DNA of 64,000 nucleotides, taken from assembly GCA_965112155.1 (NCBI GenBank), contig OZ218103.1; one strand, written 5' to 3'. This document shows, one piece after another, positions 62,936 through 64,000 of this stretch. The stretch comes from Podarcis liolepis (Eukaryota). The position numbers were made by a program, and so were the translations under genes. Position 1 is the stretch's first letter; every line of letters begins with the position of its first letter. The notes under the pieces were generated by a model. That model did no database searches and was not told where the DNA came from. It worked only from the letters and a program-made list of their open reading frames with translations.

Positions 62936-63230
62936 TGTAATGGGTTTAGGGGTTGCTCGTGCGTAAGTTGCCGCCACTCCTGGCTAGGTTACCTGGTTGA
63001 ACCCTTTCTGACTGAACAGCCTCTAGCATCGTGACTGTCTCAGTCGCTGGCAGAATCCGTCAGTGGGCGTTTCTTGAACTTCTTCCAGCACAAAAGTTCT
63101 TTGACCCCTAGTCTCCGCCTAGTCTCCCTGCGCGGAAGCCTTCCCCAGCAAATGGGCTGCCCCTCTCCCTACTGGGGCATCCCTCTGGAGCCTTCCCTCC
63201 GCCTCTAGCTCCGATGGCAGTTCCATGACA
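62936..63230. mobile_element. Short solo-LTR-like insertion (295 bp)
   Basis: Termini TGTAATGG...CCATGACA (7/8 inverted), with GGGGG on both flanks as a 5-bp TSD. GC/CpG-rich relative to its surroundings. Confidence 0.7.
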
Positions 63231-63842
63231 GGGGGGATAAAAATGAACCCTATACATTGATCTTTTCTCAAGCAAGAAATACAATGTTCCTTCCTCTTCA
63301 AGTTAGTCATCATTTCTGAAAGAAAGGATCTTCAAACAGACAGTAATGTGGTTCAAGTTCAAGAAAAAATGCACCTGCCATTATCCTGCACTCCGTCTGT
63401 TTACAATATGGACTATTTAGACAGGGGGGAAATGCTGAGATGCAGAAATGCATCAAAGCATGCAACTTCTAGGGATACGTGGGGACCTCAGCATCTTGTG
63501 TATCTGACCAAGGAAATGATGGGTGCCACCTTTACTCCCAAATGTGGCATGCTCCATAATGTCCCCTCTGAGATGGCTAAGTGCTGGCACAGAGGCAGAG
63601 GGAGAGGGTGACAGGCATGATATGACTATCACTAGACATGTATCAGTACCACACCATTTGAAGATATTTTACTTACAAAAGGGGTGTGCTACCTAGAAAG
63701 TTAAAATACAGGAGAAATGGTAGCACACACTTCCCTTCTCCAAAATAAGGAAGACACATGAAAATCCTAGCGCAGGAGGAAATATTGAGAAGCGGCAAGA
63801 GTGCTCATAGCATGAATGCATAATCCTCCATCCCATACTCAC

Positions 63843-63934
63843 ATTACTTTCAAGTCCCAGTCTCCACAGGTTACAAAAATCGACTTGACGCTGGGATCCA
63901 AGAGGCCTTCCTTTGCCATCCACTCATCGACCCT
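63843..63934 (-). CDS. ERI3: ERI1 exoribonuclease family member 3, internal coding exon (92 nt, phase 0 to phase 2)
   Basis: Minus strand reads ctgtttctttcag|AGGGTCGAT...AAAGTAAT|gtgagt. It translates to RVDEWMAKEGLLDPSVKSIFVTCGDWDLKV plus AT, which matches vertebrate ERI3 as I recall it and includes the ExoII TCGDWD motif of ERI-1-family DEDDh nucleases. It joins the 41412 exon in frame (AT|G = Met). Confidence 0.97.
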
Positions 63935-64000
63935 CTGAAAGAAACAGATGAGCTTTCTGAGACATGGAAAAGAGACACAACAGTTAAATGCTGATAAGCC

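Larger units (their letters stand above)
41413..63842 (-). other. ERI3: ERI3 intron, 22,430 bp, GT-AG
   Basis: Bounded by the gtgagt donor at 63842 and the tacag acceptor ending at 41413; exon phases match. Confidence 0.93.

Overview
This is vertebrate nuclear DNA, almost certainly from a squamate. The Sauria/Squam SINEs, the abundant palindromic hAT MITEs and the L2/CR1 families point to a lacertid-type lizard. The window lies inside the ERI3 (PRNPIP) gene on the minus strand. Two internal coding exons of the DEDDh 3'-5' exonuclease domain are present: 63934-63843 (RVDEWMAKEGLLDPSVKSIFVTCGDWDLKV-M) and 41412-41340 (LPGQCQYLGLPVADYFKQWINLKK). They splice in frame across a 22,430-bp GT-AG intron. 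I could not find the next exon (AYSFAMGCWPKNG...) in the remaining 41 kb, so it probably lies left of position 1. The rest is intron: SINEs, L2/CR1/L1 fragments, hAT and Tc1/mariner MITEs, two solo-LTR-like elements, microsatellites and two assembly gaps, alternating with repeat-poor blocks that look like conserved developmental enhancers. The other listed ORFs appear to be chance ORFs or transposon remnants. The strongest leads are (i) a CpG-rich, promoter-like island at about 17.2-18.15 kb with outward-facing splice donors on both strands, (ii) a candidate 49-nt frame-shifting exon beside it, (iii) several enhancer-like blocks, including one with PBX-HOX plus MEIS sites and a possible ultraconserved element at about 660-905, and (iv) a duplicated 34-bp CTCF-like core. 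All four are inferences that need alignment or expression data. I see no direct evidence of a wholly new biological system.
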